A stretch of DNA of 64,000 nt, from positions 133,267-197,266 of the forward strand of contig CAYZIJ010000001.1 of assembly GCA_964478365.1 (NCBI GenBank), in the 5' to 3' direction. The position numbers and the translations under genes were made by a program. Position 1 is the first letter of the stretch; every line of letters starts with the position of its first letter. Shown here in pieces: positions 1 to 8,901 of this stretch. The stretch is from an uncultured Terricaulis sp. GTDB taxonomy: Bacteria; Pseudomonadota; Alphaproteobacteria; Caulobacterales; Aquidulcibacteraceae. The notes beneath the pieces are model-generated. The model saw only the letters and a list, made by a program, of their open reading frames with translations. It was not told the origin of the DNA and ran no database searches.

Positions 1-1131
1 CCATGTCTCGAACTTCGCCAGGATTTGACGGTTCATCAGCCGCAATTGCTGCCAGCCCCACATCGCGTCCTGCGCGGTCAGCTTCTTGCCGGCCTCATAG
101 CCGCGCCGTGCGAGCCCTTCGAGTTCATCGTCCGTCGGCTCGCGGCCCCTGATTTCGATCCAGCGTTTCATCGTCGCCGAGAGATTGGCTGCGGAGACAA
201 AGCTTTGCGCGCGATAGAGCAGGCGATAGTCGATGCCGAGCCCCTCTTCGCGCACGTCATGGCCGAGCGCCTTCAACGTCTCCGCTGTGCGCTCCAACGC
301 AACACGAATTTCTGGATCGACCGGCCGCCCGCTCGGTGTCTCGCTGGAGAAGGCGATGCGCAATTTGCCCGGCGAGCGCGCGATCTCTTCCAGATAGGGC
401 CGCTCCTTTGCCGGATACGCGAACGGGCTTCCCGGCTCGGAATAGCCGGTTGCATCGAGCATCGCGGCGCTATCCCGCACGGTGCGCGAGACGACGTGAT
501 CGACACTCAATCCAATCGCGCGATCGGTATCGTGTTGACCATTCGGATTGCGGTCGCGCGTTGTCTTCATGCCGACGAGGCCGCAGCACGCGGCGGGAAT
601 ACGGATCGAGCCCAAGCCGTCGCTCGCGTGCGCCAGCGGGACCATGCCGCTCGCGACAGCGGAGGCGGCGCCGCCGGATGAACCGCCCGAAATATGATCG
701 GGATTCCACGGATTGCGGCAAGGCCCCAAGCGCGCCGACGTGGTGACGCCGGGAATGCCGAACTCCGGTGTGTTGGTCTTGCCGGCGAGCACAACGCCGG
801 AGGCGCGATAGCGCGTCGCAATTTCGGTATCTTCGATATCCGCATCAACGCATGCGAAGCGGCTGCCCGATGTCCGCGGCCAGCCCTTAACCCTGACGCC
901 CAAATCCTTGATCAAAAACGGCACGCCTTTGAACGGCCCGTCGGGCAACGCGCCCTTCGCCGTCTCGCGCGCTTCGTCGTAAGCTTTGTAAACGACGGCA
1001 TTGAGCGTTGGGTTATGGCGCTCGATGCGTTCGATCGCTGCGTCCAGCAACTCGAGCGGCGTCACGTCCTTCTTGCTGACGCGTTCGGCCAAGCCGAGGC
1101 CGTCGTACGAGGCATAATCCGCAAAGCTCAT
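1..1131 (-). CDS. Amidase signature family enzyme (3' end runs off the window)
   Basis: Translated by hand: starts [18 protein letters not shown], contains [21 protein letters not shown] and [16 protein letters not shown] (amidase signature). Absent from the ORF track because it has no stop in the window. Confidence 0.9.
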   Translation of the reverse strand, partial: MSFADYASYDGLGLAERVSKKDVTPLELLDAAIERIERHNPTLNAVVYKAYDEARETAKGALPDGPFKGVPFLIKDLGVRVKGWPRTSGSRFACVDADIEDTEIATRYRASGVVLAGKTNTPEFGIPGVTTSARLGPCRNPWNPDHISGGSSGGAASAVASGMVPLAHASDGLGSIRIPAACCGLVGMKTTRDRNPNGQHDTDRAIGLSVDHVVSRTVRDSAAMLDATGYSEPGSPFAYPAKERPYLEEIARSPGKLRIAFSSETPSGRPVDPEIRVALERTAETLKALGHDVREEGLGIDYRLLYRAQSFVSAANLSATMKRWIEIRGREPTDDELEGLARRGYEAGKKLTAQDAMWGWQQLRLMNRQILAKFETW

Positions 1132-1183
1132 CGCGCGCTCCACCCTGTTGTTTGCAGCGAAGGTTAAGCGGTTAATTTCGGTT

Positions 1184-1199
1184 TGGCACGCGCGATGCA
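1184..1199 (+). promoter_or_regulatory. Candidate sigma54 (-24/-12) promoter
   Basis: TGGCACGcgcgATGCA versus consensus TGGCACG-N4-TTGC(W), one mismatch. Predicted +1 near 1210, next to the ATG at 1211. Confidence 0.5.
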
Positions 1200-1210
1200 G
1201 CGGTGAAGGC

Positions 1211-1435
1211 ATGGGCGATGGCGTGCGCCACCTTCGTTACGTTGAGGAACCCGGCGATAGCCGCCAGGGTGAGCGGCGCAGCACGGACCGTCGCGCCCCA
1301 CGCCGCTGGCTCGACCCGCTCTTCGCAGCAACGCTCGTCAACCAGATCGCGGCGCCGGAAACCAAGTACGTTCAGGGTTACATCGAGCAGCCCAAACGCG
1401 TTCGCGCGGGCATTGCGTTTGATGTGAAAGCCTAG
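1211..1435 (+). CDS. Small hypothetical protein (74 aa)
   Basis: MGDGVRHLRYVEEPG...AFDVKA fills the gap between the amidase and a REP. Start chosen at ATG 1211 within ORF 1148..1435. Confidence 0.6.
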   Translation: MGDGVRHLRYVEEPGDSRQGERRSTDRRAPRRWLDPLFAATLVNQIAAPETKYVQGYIEQPKRVRAGIAFDVKA

Positions 1436-1441
1436 GCCCTC

Positions 1442-1484
1442 ACCCATTCCCGGGGCGCAGCGAAGCTGTGATCCCGGAATGGGT
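1442..1484. repeat. Short REP-like palindrome, CCCATTCCCGG...CCGGAATGGG family
   Basis: Terminal inverted repeats shared with 18399..18611 and 44799..44925. Lies between convergent genes. Confidence 0.75.
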
Positions 1485-1487
1485 ATT

Positions 1488-1829
1488 TTAGCCCGCCGCC
1501 TTCTTCCTCGATTGCGCCTCGAACTCCGCCAACCAGCTATCGATCGCGTCCAGACGCGCCTCGATGCTCTCAATACGGTCGCTCGGAGCGGCGTCTTCGG
1601 GCGGCGCTTCGCGGGCGGCGACGCCGCTCTTCAAAGTCACTTCCACCAGATCTGCCTGCAGCACGCGCGCGAACGTCGCCAGTTCTTCCGGCGTCGGCGC
1701 CCGCTCATTGATGAACACGGCATGCAGATCAGTACGCTCGATGCCCGCTGCTATCGCTAAAGCTGCGCGGTCGAGTCCACGTTCATCAAGTTTCGCGTCG
1801 AACCAGTCGGCGTCGAAGAAGAGCGACAT
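1488..1829 (-). CDS. XRE/HTH-type DNA-binding protein
   Basis: LDRAALAIAAGIERTDLHAVFINERAPTPEELATFARVL has the HTH_XRE pattern. C-terminal coiled coil. Confidence 0.7.
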   Translation of the reverse strand: MSLFFDADWFDAKLDERGLDRAALAIAAGIERTDLHAVFINERAPTPEELATFARVLQADLVEVTLKSGVAAREAPPEDAAPSDRIESIEARLDAIDSWLAEFEAQSRKKAAG

Positions 1830-1983
1830 TCACCCACCTGCTTCATCACGAGCCCCCAACGCCCGCTGAAAAACCGGCGCCGTTCGTGCAGAACTGCGCC
1901 GGTGATGGACGCTATCTTTCCCCGATTCGGTCGCTGGCTCGACTTCGCAATCGCGCTAGGCCTGGGATTGTGGTGCCTGTGAA

Positions 1984-2069
1984 GGCAATAGGCAGCGGGC
2001 AATAGGCAGTAGAGCGCAAAATCGGCAGCCGCCTAAAGGACGACTGCCGACTGCCTATTACCTACTGCC
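1984..2069. repeat. Inverted arrays of heptamer repeats
   Basis: GGCAATA GGCAGCG GGCAATA GGCAGTA (1984-2011) faces GACTGCC GACTGCC TATTACC TACTGCC (2042-2069). Confidence 0.8.
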
Positions 2070-2074
2070 TTAAC

Positions 2075-2512
2075 TTACTGGCCTGCGAACTCGACGTCGC
2101 GGCGGGCCGAGATAATTGTCACCACCACACCAGCGAGCACGTCCAAGAGCGCCATCACCAGGATGATGAAGAACACGCTCGTGGCGAACGCCGGGTGCAG
2201 CAGGAACTCAACCAGGCAGATGATGAAGACCAGCATGGAGAGCGCGTGATTGAAGATCGCCGCGGTGCCGGTCGAGGTTGATTTCAACAATTCGATGAAG
2301 AGCAGGATGAGTGCGAGCAGCACCATCACGTCGCCGAATGAGATGATCCAGTTGGCGCCGGACGCCATCGGCATGTTGACCCACGCCGTATCGAGATGCG
2401 CGCGCACTGCTGCGCCGTCGCCATTATTGGCCGCCGTCGCTCCGAATGCCCAGATGTTGTAGGTCAGGACCGGGACGAGGATCAGCGGAAATACGTTGAA
2501 AATGGCCCCCAT
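2075..2512 (-). CDS. Hypothetical multi-pass membrane protein
   Basis: About four hydrophobic segments. Start MGAIFNVF chosen because GGAG precedes the ATG at 2512. Confidence 0.75.
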   Translation of the reverse strand: MGAIFNVFPLILVPVLTYNIWAFGATAANNGDGAAVRAHLDTAWVNMPMASGANWIISFGDVMVLLALILLFIELLKSTSTGTAAIFNHALSMLVFIICLVEFLLHPAFATSVFFIILVMALLDVLAGVVVTIISARRDVEFAGQ

Positions 2513-2598
2513 GGGACTCCCCTGCTGTTGCGTGCGTGACCGACGCCCCCGCGTCGCGGCTGTGTGAAGAGCAATACGTTCGCCGGGATCGCGACCAG

Positions 2599-3330
2599 TC
2601 ATACTTCGTCTGTCCCTCCCGGCAACCGCGCCCGGCTTCGTAGCCACATAACGCCCCAGAGATCGGTCATGTTCGCGGCCAACCGTCCGAGGTTTGTGTA
2701 CTTCGAGCGCCCTGCGCTGCGTTGTCGATGATTAACCTCCAAAAACTCCACTGCATAGCCTTCGCGCAGCATCAGTGCGGCCATGAAACGGTGCATGTGG
2801 TCAAAGTACGGAATGCGCAAAAAAGCCTCCCGTTTGAAGACCTTGATCCCGGAACCGCTATCGTCGGCGCCGTCTTTTAGCGCGGCTTTGCGGATATTGT
2901 TTGCGATGCGAGAGGCGGTGCGCTTGCTCCAATTGTCCTGCCGCTTGATGCGTTTGCCCGCCACCATGCCGAGATCGGCAGGCGCATCAGGGCTCATCAT
3001 GCGCGCCAAGAGCTTTGGCAAATCGGCCGGATCGTTCTGTCCGTCGCCGTCCAAAGTGCCCACAACCGGAGCGCGCGCGGCGATTACGCCAGTGCGCACG
3101 GCGCGGCTTTGGCCCGAATTTTTGCGATGCCCGACAATGCGCAAAGCCGGCAATTCGGCCTTTAACGCCGCCAGTTCCGAGCGCGTATCATCGCGGCTCG
3201 CATCATCGACGAAGATCATTTCGTAGGAGCGGCCGTCGAGCACGCCGGCGATTTCGCGGGCGAGATTGGCGGCGTTCCCCTGCTCGTCATGCACCGGCAC
3301 AACGACGCTGAATTCAATGCTTTCGGCCAA
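2599..3330 (-). CDS. Glycosyltransferase family 2 (polyprenol-phosphate sugar transferase, ArnC/DPM-like)
   Basis: FSVVVPVHDE, IFVDDASRD, TLDGDGQNDP, SGSGIKVF, HRFM. Probable TTG start at 3330. Confidence 0.9.
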   Translation of the reverse strand: MAESIEFSVVVPVHDEQGNAANLAREIAGVLDGRSYEMIFVDDASRDDTRSELAALKAELPALRIVGHRKNSGQSRAVRTGVIAARAPVVGTLDGDGQNDPADLPKLLARMMSPDAPADLGMVAGKRIKRQDNWSKRTASRIANNIRKAALKDGADDSGSGIKVFKREAFLRIPYFDHMHRFMAALMLREGYAVEFLEVNHRQRSAGRSKYTNLGRLAANMTDLWGVMWLRSRARLPGGTDEV

Positions 3331-3482
3331 GTTCCTGGTCTCTTCCGGTGAGCGGCGGGCTCTCTTAGCGGTTTGGCGTGCCCGAAGCGAGGGTGCCCAT
3401 CCTGCAAGGCGCCCATCTTGTAAGGTCATCGGCTGCAAGGCGATTGCCTCCCAGCCCCCAAATCCAGCTATCACCCACGTCC

Positions 3483-5213
3483 GTGCGATCGCCCGTCCCC
3501 CCAGCCCTCTACGACCAGTTCGCCCATGGCTGGCGGGGCTACGTGCTGATTGCGCTGATTGCTTTCCTGTCGGCGCAGTTTGGCGCCGGCCGCATTCAAG
3601 TCATGGACACGGACGAGGCCCGCTTTGCTCAAGCGACGCGCCAGATGGTCGAGAGCGGCGACTACATCGCCATCCGCATCCAGGACGAGGCGCGCAATAG
3701 AAAACCGATCGGCGTCCACTGGCTGCAGGCGGCCGCCGTGCAAGCGGCCGAACCGTTCACTGAGCGGCTCAACAGCATTTGGCCCTATCGCCTGCCCTCT
3801 GCGCTCGGCCTCGTACTGGCGGCGCTAGCGACGCTTTGGGCCGGATCAAGACTCATCGGCCCAAGGCCCGCGCTTTTTGGCGCGGCGCTCTTCGCTGTCG
3901 GCATGTTGGCTGGCTTTGAAGGCATGACCGCCAAGACTGACGCATTGCTGCTCGGCTTCACAACACTCGCCGCAGCAACGCTCGCGCATCTGCGCATGGG
4001 CGCGACGCGACCGAAGCTGTTGAGCTTGCTGTTCTGGTTTGCACTTGCTTGCGGCGTGATGATCAAGGGGCCGGTGGCGCCGCTCGTCATTATCCTGACG
4101 CTTGCAGCATTGGCCATCTGGGAAAAGCGCGCGGCGTGGATGAAGCCGCTCCTGTGGTGGCCAGGACCGCTCCTGTTCATCGCGGTGATCGCGCCATGGA
4201 CAATTGCCATCGCATCCGAAACGAACGGCCGCTTCTTCCTCGACATGCTGTTCGGCGACGTCGCGCCAAAGTTGCTCAGCAGCGACGAGGGCCATTTTGC
4301 GCTGCCCGGTTATCACCTCGCATTATTGCCAATCCTGATTTTTCCGGCGACATACGCGCTTCCCGCAGCGTTTCGCATCGCGTGGGAAACTGTACGCGCA
4401 CCGCGCGTGGATGAAGCGCATGCGCCTCATCGCTTCCTGATCGCATGGGCGCTGCCGATCATTCTCTTCTTTGAACTGGCGCCGACAAAACTCGTCCACT
4501 ACGCGCTGCCCGCCTATCCTGCGATCGCATTGCTCTGCGGCGCGGGCCTTGCTGCAATGCTTGGCCGTCCGTGGCGCACAGCACATCCGGTCGGCGTTAC
4601 GCTTTTTGCCGTGGCCGGCGCGGTGATTGTCGCGCTGATGGCGTTCAGCGCCACCTTCATGTTTGGCGACTTCAACGCCGACCTGCGTCGCTCGATCTCG
4701 ACCGCTTTGATTGGTGTCTTGGTCGTGGGGGCCGCGGTTGCGGGTCTTATCATGCTGCGCCGCCCTGCTGCTCGCGCTGGCATCCTCATCGTTTGCGCGC
4801 TGGCGCTTTCGTTCATGCTGCGCGAGCGCATCTTGCCTGAAGCGCGCGAACTCAACGTCTCGACGCAAGCGCTCGACGCGCTTGTGCGCGCGCGCCTCAC
4901 CCCGCGCGACCATCGCCCGCTCTGGGTGGTGGGCTATCGCGAAACCAGCCTGATCTTCCTCACCCGCACCGACATACGCATGGTGAGCGCGAGCGAAGCC
5001 GGCGCACTGGCTCAGCCGGGCGATGCAGTGATCGTCGAGGGCCGCGCCATGCAGGATTTCGCCGCCGAGCTTGCCGTGCGCAACTACGCGTTCGCGCAAG
5101 CAGAGCCGCCAGTGCGCGGCTTCACGTTGTGGCGCGGAGAGCGTGTGGCGCTCTTTATTGGCCAGCTTCGCCCTATCGGCGCTGCGGCGGACGCCCCGCT
5201 ACAAAGTCCGTGA
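3483..5213 (+). CDS. ArnT/PMT-family (GT-C) polyprenyl-phosphate-sugar transferase
   Basis: DTDEARFAQATRQMVESGDY, RNRKPIG, IKGPV, TKLVHYALPAYPA, many TM segments. Start uncertain (3378 or GTG 3483). Confidence 0.85.
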   Translation: MRSPVPPALYDQFAHGWRGYVLIALIAFLSAQFGAGRIQVMDTDEARFAQATRQMVESGDYIAIRIQDEARNRKPIGVHWLQAAAVQAAEPFTERLNSIWPYRLPSALGLVLAALATLWAGSRLIGPRPALFGAALFAVGMLAGFEGMTAKTDALLLGFTTLAAATLAHLRMGATRPKLLSLLFWFALACGVMIKGPVAPLVIILTLAALAIWEKRAAWMKPLLWWPGPLLFIAVIAPWTIAIASETNGRFFLDMLFGDVAPKLLSSDEGHFALPGYHLALLPILIFPATYALPAAFRIAWETVRAPRVDEAHAPHRFLIAWALPIILFFELAPTKLVHYALPAYPAIALLCGAGLAAMLGRPWRTAHPVGVTLFAVAGAVIVALMAFSATFMFGDFNADLRRSISTALIGVLVVGAAVAGLIMLRRPAARAGILIVCALALSFMLRERILPEARELNVSTQALDALVRARLTPRDHRPLWVVGYRETSLIFLTRTDIRMVSASEAGALAQPGDAVIVEGRAMQDFAAELAVRNYAFAQAEPPVRGFTLWRGERVALFIGQLRPIGAAADAPLQSP

Positions 5214-6138
5214 AGCCAACCAGCAAGCCGAGCGCTGGCGTTGCGATTGCCGCGAAGGCTTTCTGAAACGGCGTCTTGGCGCTCTTAGCGACAAACCGCG
5301 CTAAACCTTGCACGTGCTTGCGACCACGCGTCGGGCGCGACAACTGCACGCCAGCCGCATGCGGTTGAAACAGCACACTACCGCCCGCGTCGGCGGCGCG
5401 ACGGCAGAGATCAAGATCGGCTGCGAACGCAGCGAAGCCTTCGTCGAAGCCGCCGAGATCGAGAAAGTCACTGCGCGTGATCAGCATGAACGCGCCGGAC
5501 ACCGCAGCGACGGGCGAAGCCTCCGGATCGCCGCCGGTCAGTTTGCGTTTGCGCGGCGCATCGGTCCAATCAAGTGCGATCGCAATCGCTGACCAGGCGC
5601 TAAGCGAACCCGCACGTGCTGCGCGCTGTTCGCGGCCTTCGCTGTCCGTCAGGCGTCCGCCAACGATCCACGGCGTCTTCGCGTCACCGCCCGCCGCCGC
5701 CATGCGCGCAACTGCGCCGCGCTGCAGCACGATGTCCGGCGCCAAGAATAAGAGCCAACGGCCAAGCGCGGACTGCGCGCCAACATTGGCAGCTGCAGCA
5801 GCCGACTGATCGGGCGTCACCGTCAGCAACTTCACGTCGCGCCGATCGGCTTGCAGCGCGCGCAGCGCCGCTGAGACTTCCGGCGCATTGCCGTGATCGA
5901 CAATCACCAGATCATCGATCCACGGCTCCGCGAGCGCGCTTCGGATGCTGAGATCGAGTTGTTGATAACCGGACGCGCGCACATCGCGCACCACCATGAT
6001 CGCGGACACACGCGGCGCCAGCGCCGTCGATGACGTGCGTTCATGTGACGGGAACTTGTCCACCCAGAGTGTCTCCGCCCAGCGCGCTTTGCGAGTCTCA
6101 TCCTGTAGCGCGTGACGCGCGCCGTCCAGACGGCGCAC
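5173..6138 (-). CDS. Glycosyltransferase family 2
   Basis: IVDHGN, AAAANVG, WLLFLAPD, VSGAFMLI, GGFDEGF, DLDLCRR. Start uncertain. Confidence 0.8.
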   Translation of the reverse strand: MRRLDGARHALQDETRKARWAETLWVDKFPSHERTSSTALAPRVSAIMVVRDVRASGYQQLDLSIRSALAEPWIDDLVIVDHGNAPEVSAALRALQADRRDVKLLTVTPDQSAAAAANVGAQSALGRWLLFLAPDIVLQRGAVARMAAAGGDAKTPWIVGGRLTDSEGREQRAARAGSLSAWSAIAIALDWTDAPRKRKLTGGDPEASPVAAVSGAFMLITRSDFLDLGGFDEGFAAFAADLDLCRRAADAGGSVLFQPHAAGVQLSRPTRGRKHVQGLARFVAKSAKTPFQKAFAAIATPALGLLVGFTDFVAGRPPQRR

Positions 6139-6161
6139 GCCACGGCTTCACGGGTGTGACA

Positions 6162-8096
6162 TTACATACGCTTCAGATCGGGCGGCGTTGCGTCCTCGAC
6201 AAGGCCTTTTATGGCGTCGCCGAGCGTCACGACCTCTTGAGCGTCGCTGCCGAAGCGGCGCAGCGCCAGTTTGCGCTCCTCCGCTTCCTTGCGGCCGACC
6301 ACGGCGATAACCGGGATCTTCTGCAAGCTGTGCTCGCGGATTTTGTATCCGACCTTCTGGTTGCGGAGGTCGAGTTCCACACGCAACCCAGCCGCGCGCA
6401 TCTCCGCCGCGACTTCTTCCGCGTAACCGTCCGCTTCTTGCGTGATCGTCGCGATCACCACCTGAACGGGCGCAAGCCAGAGCGGGAAAGCGCCGGCGAC
6501 GTTCTCGATAAGAATACCGATGAAGCGTTCGAGCGAGCCGAGGATCGCGCGGTGCAACATCACCGGGCGATGCTTGGCGCCGTCCTCGCCAACATATTCC
6601 GCCTCAAGACGATCAGGCAGCTGATAGTCCAGCTGGATCGTGCCGATCGTCCACTCACGGCCAATCGCATCCTTGACCGAAAAGTCGAGCTTCGGCGCAT
6701 AGAAGGCGCCGTCGCCTTCAGCGATCGTCGGTTCGACGCCCGCCGCGCGCGCAGCGTTGAGCATTTGCGCTTCTGCTTTATCCCAGAACTCATCTGAGCC
6801 GACGCGCATTTCAGGCCGCGTCGCGAGCGCGATCTTGTGGCTCTCCATGCCGAAATCGGCATGGATCGATTTGGCCAGGCCAATGAACGCCGTCGTCTCT
6901 TCTTCGATCTGATCTTCACGGCAAAAGATGTGCGCATCGTCTTGCGTAAACGCGCGCACGCGCATCAGGCCGTGCAGCGAACCTGACGGCTCGTAGCGGT
7001 GGCACGCGCCGAACTCAGCCATGCGCAGAGGCAGATCGCGATAGCTCTTCTGGCCGAACTTGAAGATCTGCACGTGACCCGGGCAGTTCATCGGCTTCAG
7101 CGACAGCGTTTCGTTCTCCACCGTCTCGCAAACGAACATGTTCGGCCGGTACTTGTCCCAGTGACCTGACTTTTCCCAGAACACACGGTCGAGCACTTGT
7201 GGCGTGCGCACTTCGAGATAGCCCGCCGCATCCAAGCGGCGGCGCATGTACGCTTCGATCGTGCGCCATAGCGTCAGGCCCTTTTGGTGCCAGAACACCA
7301 TGCCGCGCCCCTCTTCCTGCATATGGAAGAGATCCATCTGGCGGCCGAGTTTGCGGTGGTCGCGCTTCTCGGCTTCTTCAAGCTGGCGAAGATACTCTTC
7401 GAGCTGCTTCTCATCGGCCCAGGCCGTGCCGTAGATGCGCTGCAATTGCTGGTTCTTCTGATCGCCACGCCAATAGGCGCCCGCGAGCTTCATCAGCTTG
7501 AAGGCTTTGCCGAGCTTGCCCGTCGACGGCAAATGCGGCCCGCGGCAGAGATCGCCCCACTTATCGCCGTGCGAATAGATCGTGATCGCATCGCCGGGCT
7601 TGATCACTTCATCGATCGTCTCGGCTTTGTAGATTTCGCCGATCGATTTGAAGTGCGCGATCGCGGCGTCCTTCTCCCAGACCTTACGGATGATCGGCAG
7701 ATCGGCGTCTACGATCTCCTTCATGCGCTTTTCGATCTTCTCGAAATCGTCCGTCGAGAACGGCTCGTCGCGCGCGAAGTCGTAATAGAAGCCGTCTTCC
7801 GTCACCGGACCGAACGTGACTTGCGTGCCGGGAAAAAGCTCCTGCACCGCTTGCGCAAGAACGTGCGCCGCGTCGTGGCGCAGCACTTCAAGACCGTCCG
7901 CGCTATCGCGCATGACAAGCTCAAACTTGCCGCCGCCCTCAAGCGGCCGCGTCAGATCCCACCAAGCGCCGTCAAGCTTCGCAGCGACAACTTTCTTGGC
8001 GAGCGATTTCGAAATGCCTTCGGCCACCGCCAACGGCGTTACGCCATCGTCGTAACTACGCTCGGCGCCGTCGGGAAATTTGAGTGAGATGCTCAT
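6162..8096 (-). CDS. thrS: Threonine--tRNA ligase
   Basis: TGS domain, RHDAAHVLA, DLCRGPH, RDHRKLG, KPMNCPGH, HRAILGSLERF. Confidence 0.99.
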   Translation of the reverse strand: MSISLKFPDGAERSYDDGVTPLAVAEGISKSLAKKVVAAKLDGAWWDLTRPLEGGGKFELVMRDSADGLEVLRHDAAHVLAQAVQELFPGTQVTFGPVTEDGFYYDFARDEPFSTDDFEKIEKRMKEIVDADLPIIRKVWEKDAAIAHFKSIGEIYKAETIDEVIKPGDAITIYSHGDKWGDLCRGPHLPSTGKLGKAFKLMKLAGAYWRGDQKNQQLQRIYGTAWADEKQLEEYLRQLEEAEKRDHRKLGRQMDLFHMQEEGRGMVFWHQKGLTLWRTIEAYMRRRLDAAGYLEVRTPQVLDRVFWEKSGHWDKYRPNMFVCETVENETLSLKPMNCPGHVQIFKFGQKSYRDLPLRMAEFGACHRYEPSGSLHGLMRVRAFTQDDAHIFCREDQIEEETTAFIGLAKSIHADFGMESHKIALATRPEMRVGSDEFWDKAEAQMLNAARAAGVEPTIAEGDGAFYAPKLDFSVKDAIGREWTIGTIQLDYQLPDRLEAEYVGEDGAKHRPVMLHRAILGSLERFIGILIENVAGAFPLWLAPVQVVIATITQEADGYAEEVAAEMRAAGLRVELDLRNQKVGYKIREHSLQKIPVIAVVGRKEAEERKLALRRFGSDAQEVVTLGDAIKGLVEDATPPDLKRM

Positions 8097-8422
8097 GACT
8101 TATTCTCGTTGAGTTCGATGTCTGCTGGCGGCGCGCGATAGCCGCCCTTCCAGTCGCCATAACGCCAAGGCCGCCACCACGAGTTCTTCTTGACCTCACG
8201 CGGCGCCGGATCCCAGCCATGCCCGCCCCAAGGCGCGCACCGGCAGATGCGCGCGCCAGTCATCCACACACCCGCCCACGCACCGTGCGCGCGTATGCAA
8301 TCGGCAGAATAGGACGAACACGTCGGCCGATAGCGGCAGCCCTGGCCGATGAGCGGCGAGAGCGTCCACTTATAAAGCTGGATGAGGCCCAGAAGGCCTC
8401 TTGCGGGAAGACTCAATGACAT
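8093..8422 (-). CDS. yidD: Membrane protein insertion efficiency factor
   Basis: YKWTLSPLIGQGCRYRPTCSSY...RICRCAPWG.HGWDP. Stop overlaps the thrS start (ATGA). Confidence 0.95.
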   Translation of the reverse strand: MSLSLPARGLLGLIQLYKWTLSPLIGQGCRYRPTCSSYSADCIRAHGAWAGVWMTGARICRCAPWGGHGWDPAPREVKKNSWWRPWRYGDWKGGYRAPPADIELNENKS

Positions 8423-8502
8423 GACGACGACAATTTGGTTCTAGCTCGATCGGGGCGCAAACATGCCGCCGCTGCGGCGCGCCCGATCATGCGCCGCCGG
8501 CT

Positions 8503-8541
8503 CTAGCTGGTAGTCGTCGTAGTGGTGAGGCGCTGAACCAT
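8503..8541 (-). CDS. Threonine-rich leader peptide MVQRLTTTTTTS (longer form MSAMVQRLTTTTTTS from 8550)
   Basis: ATG GTT CAG CGC CTC ACC ACT ACG ACG ACT ACC AGC TAG: six consecutive Thr codons 80 nt upstream of yidD-thrS. Confidence 0.8.
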   Translation of the reverse strand: MVQRLTTTTTTS

Positions 8542-8547
8542 GGCGCT

Positions 8548-8576
8548 CATATACACATGCCCGCCTCTAGACTCAA
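8548..8576 (-). promoter_or_regulatory. sigma70-like promoter of the leader-yidD-thrS transcript
   Basis: TTGAGT (8576-8571), 17 nt, TATATG (8553-8548). Predicted +1 at 8541 is the A of the leader ATG. Confidence 0.6.
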
Positions 8577-8896
8577 CCGGAGGCGCCGCCGCCTTTTTCC
8601 TGGCAGCGCACCAGCGTGAAGGCCCCGTAGCATTCGAGATAATCGGCGCCTGGCAGATCGAGCGTGTATTTCGAGGCGAGGTAGAAGCTTTCGTAGCGCC
8701 CAGCCCCTGCCACCATACCGGTGACGAAATCGACCACCGAGTCCAGCGAGAGCGGCGCAGGCTCAGCGCCCTCCGCAGCAGGCGCGCCGGCGCGCGCTTC
8801 GAGAAACGCACGCGCGGCCGCTTCATGCTGAGCTTGCGTCGGGACGGTGAAATACGCCCCGACGCCCGCCAAGATCAAAAGCAACAAAAGCCGCAT
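8573..8896 (-). CDS. Hypothetical exported protein, paralog of 8902..9216
   Basis: Signal/anchor MRLLLLLILAGVGAYFTVP. C-terminal YLASKYTL...CYGAFTLVRC. Confidence 0.75.
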   Translation of the reverse strand: MRLLLLLILAGVGAYFTVPTQAQHEAAARAFLEARAGAPAAEGAEPAPLSLDSVVDFVTGMVAGAGRYESFYLASKYTLDLPGADYLECYGAFTLVRCQEKGGGASG

Positions 8897-8901
8897 CGGC
8901 T

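Noticed and set aside
1905-1982. 25-aa hydrophobic microORF MDAIFPRFGRWLDFAIALGLGLWCL
   Set aside because: No clear RBS or other support. Possible but unsupported.
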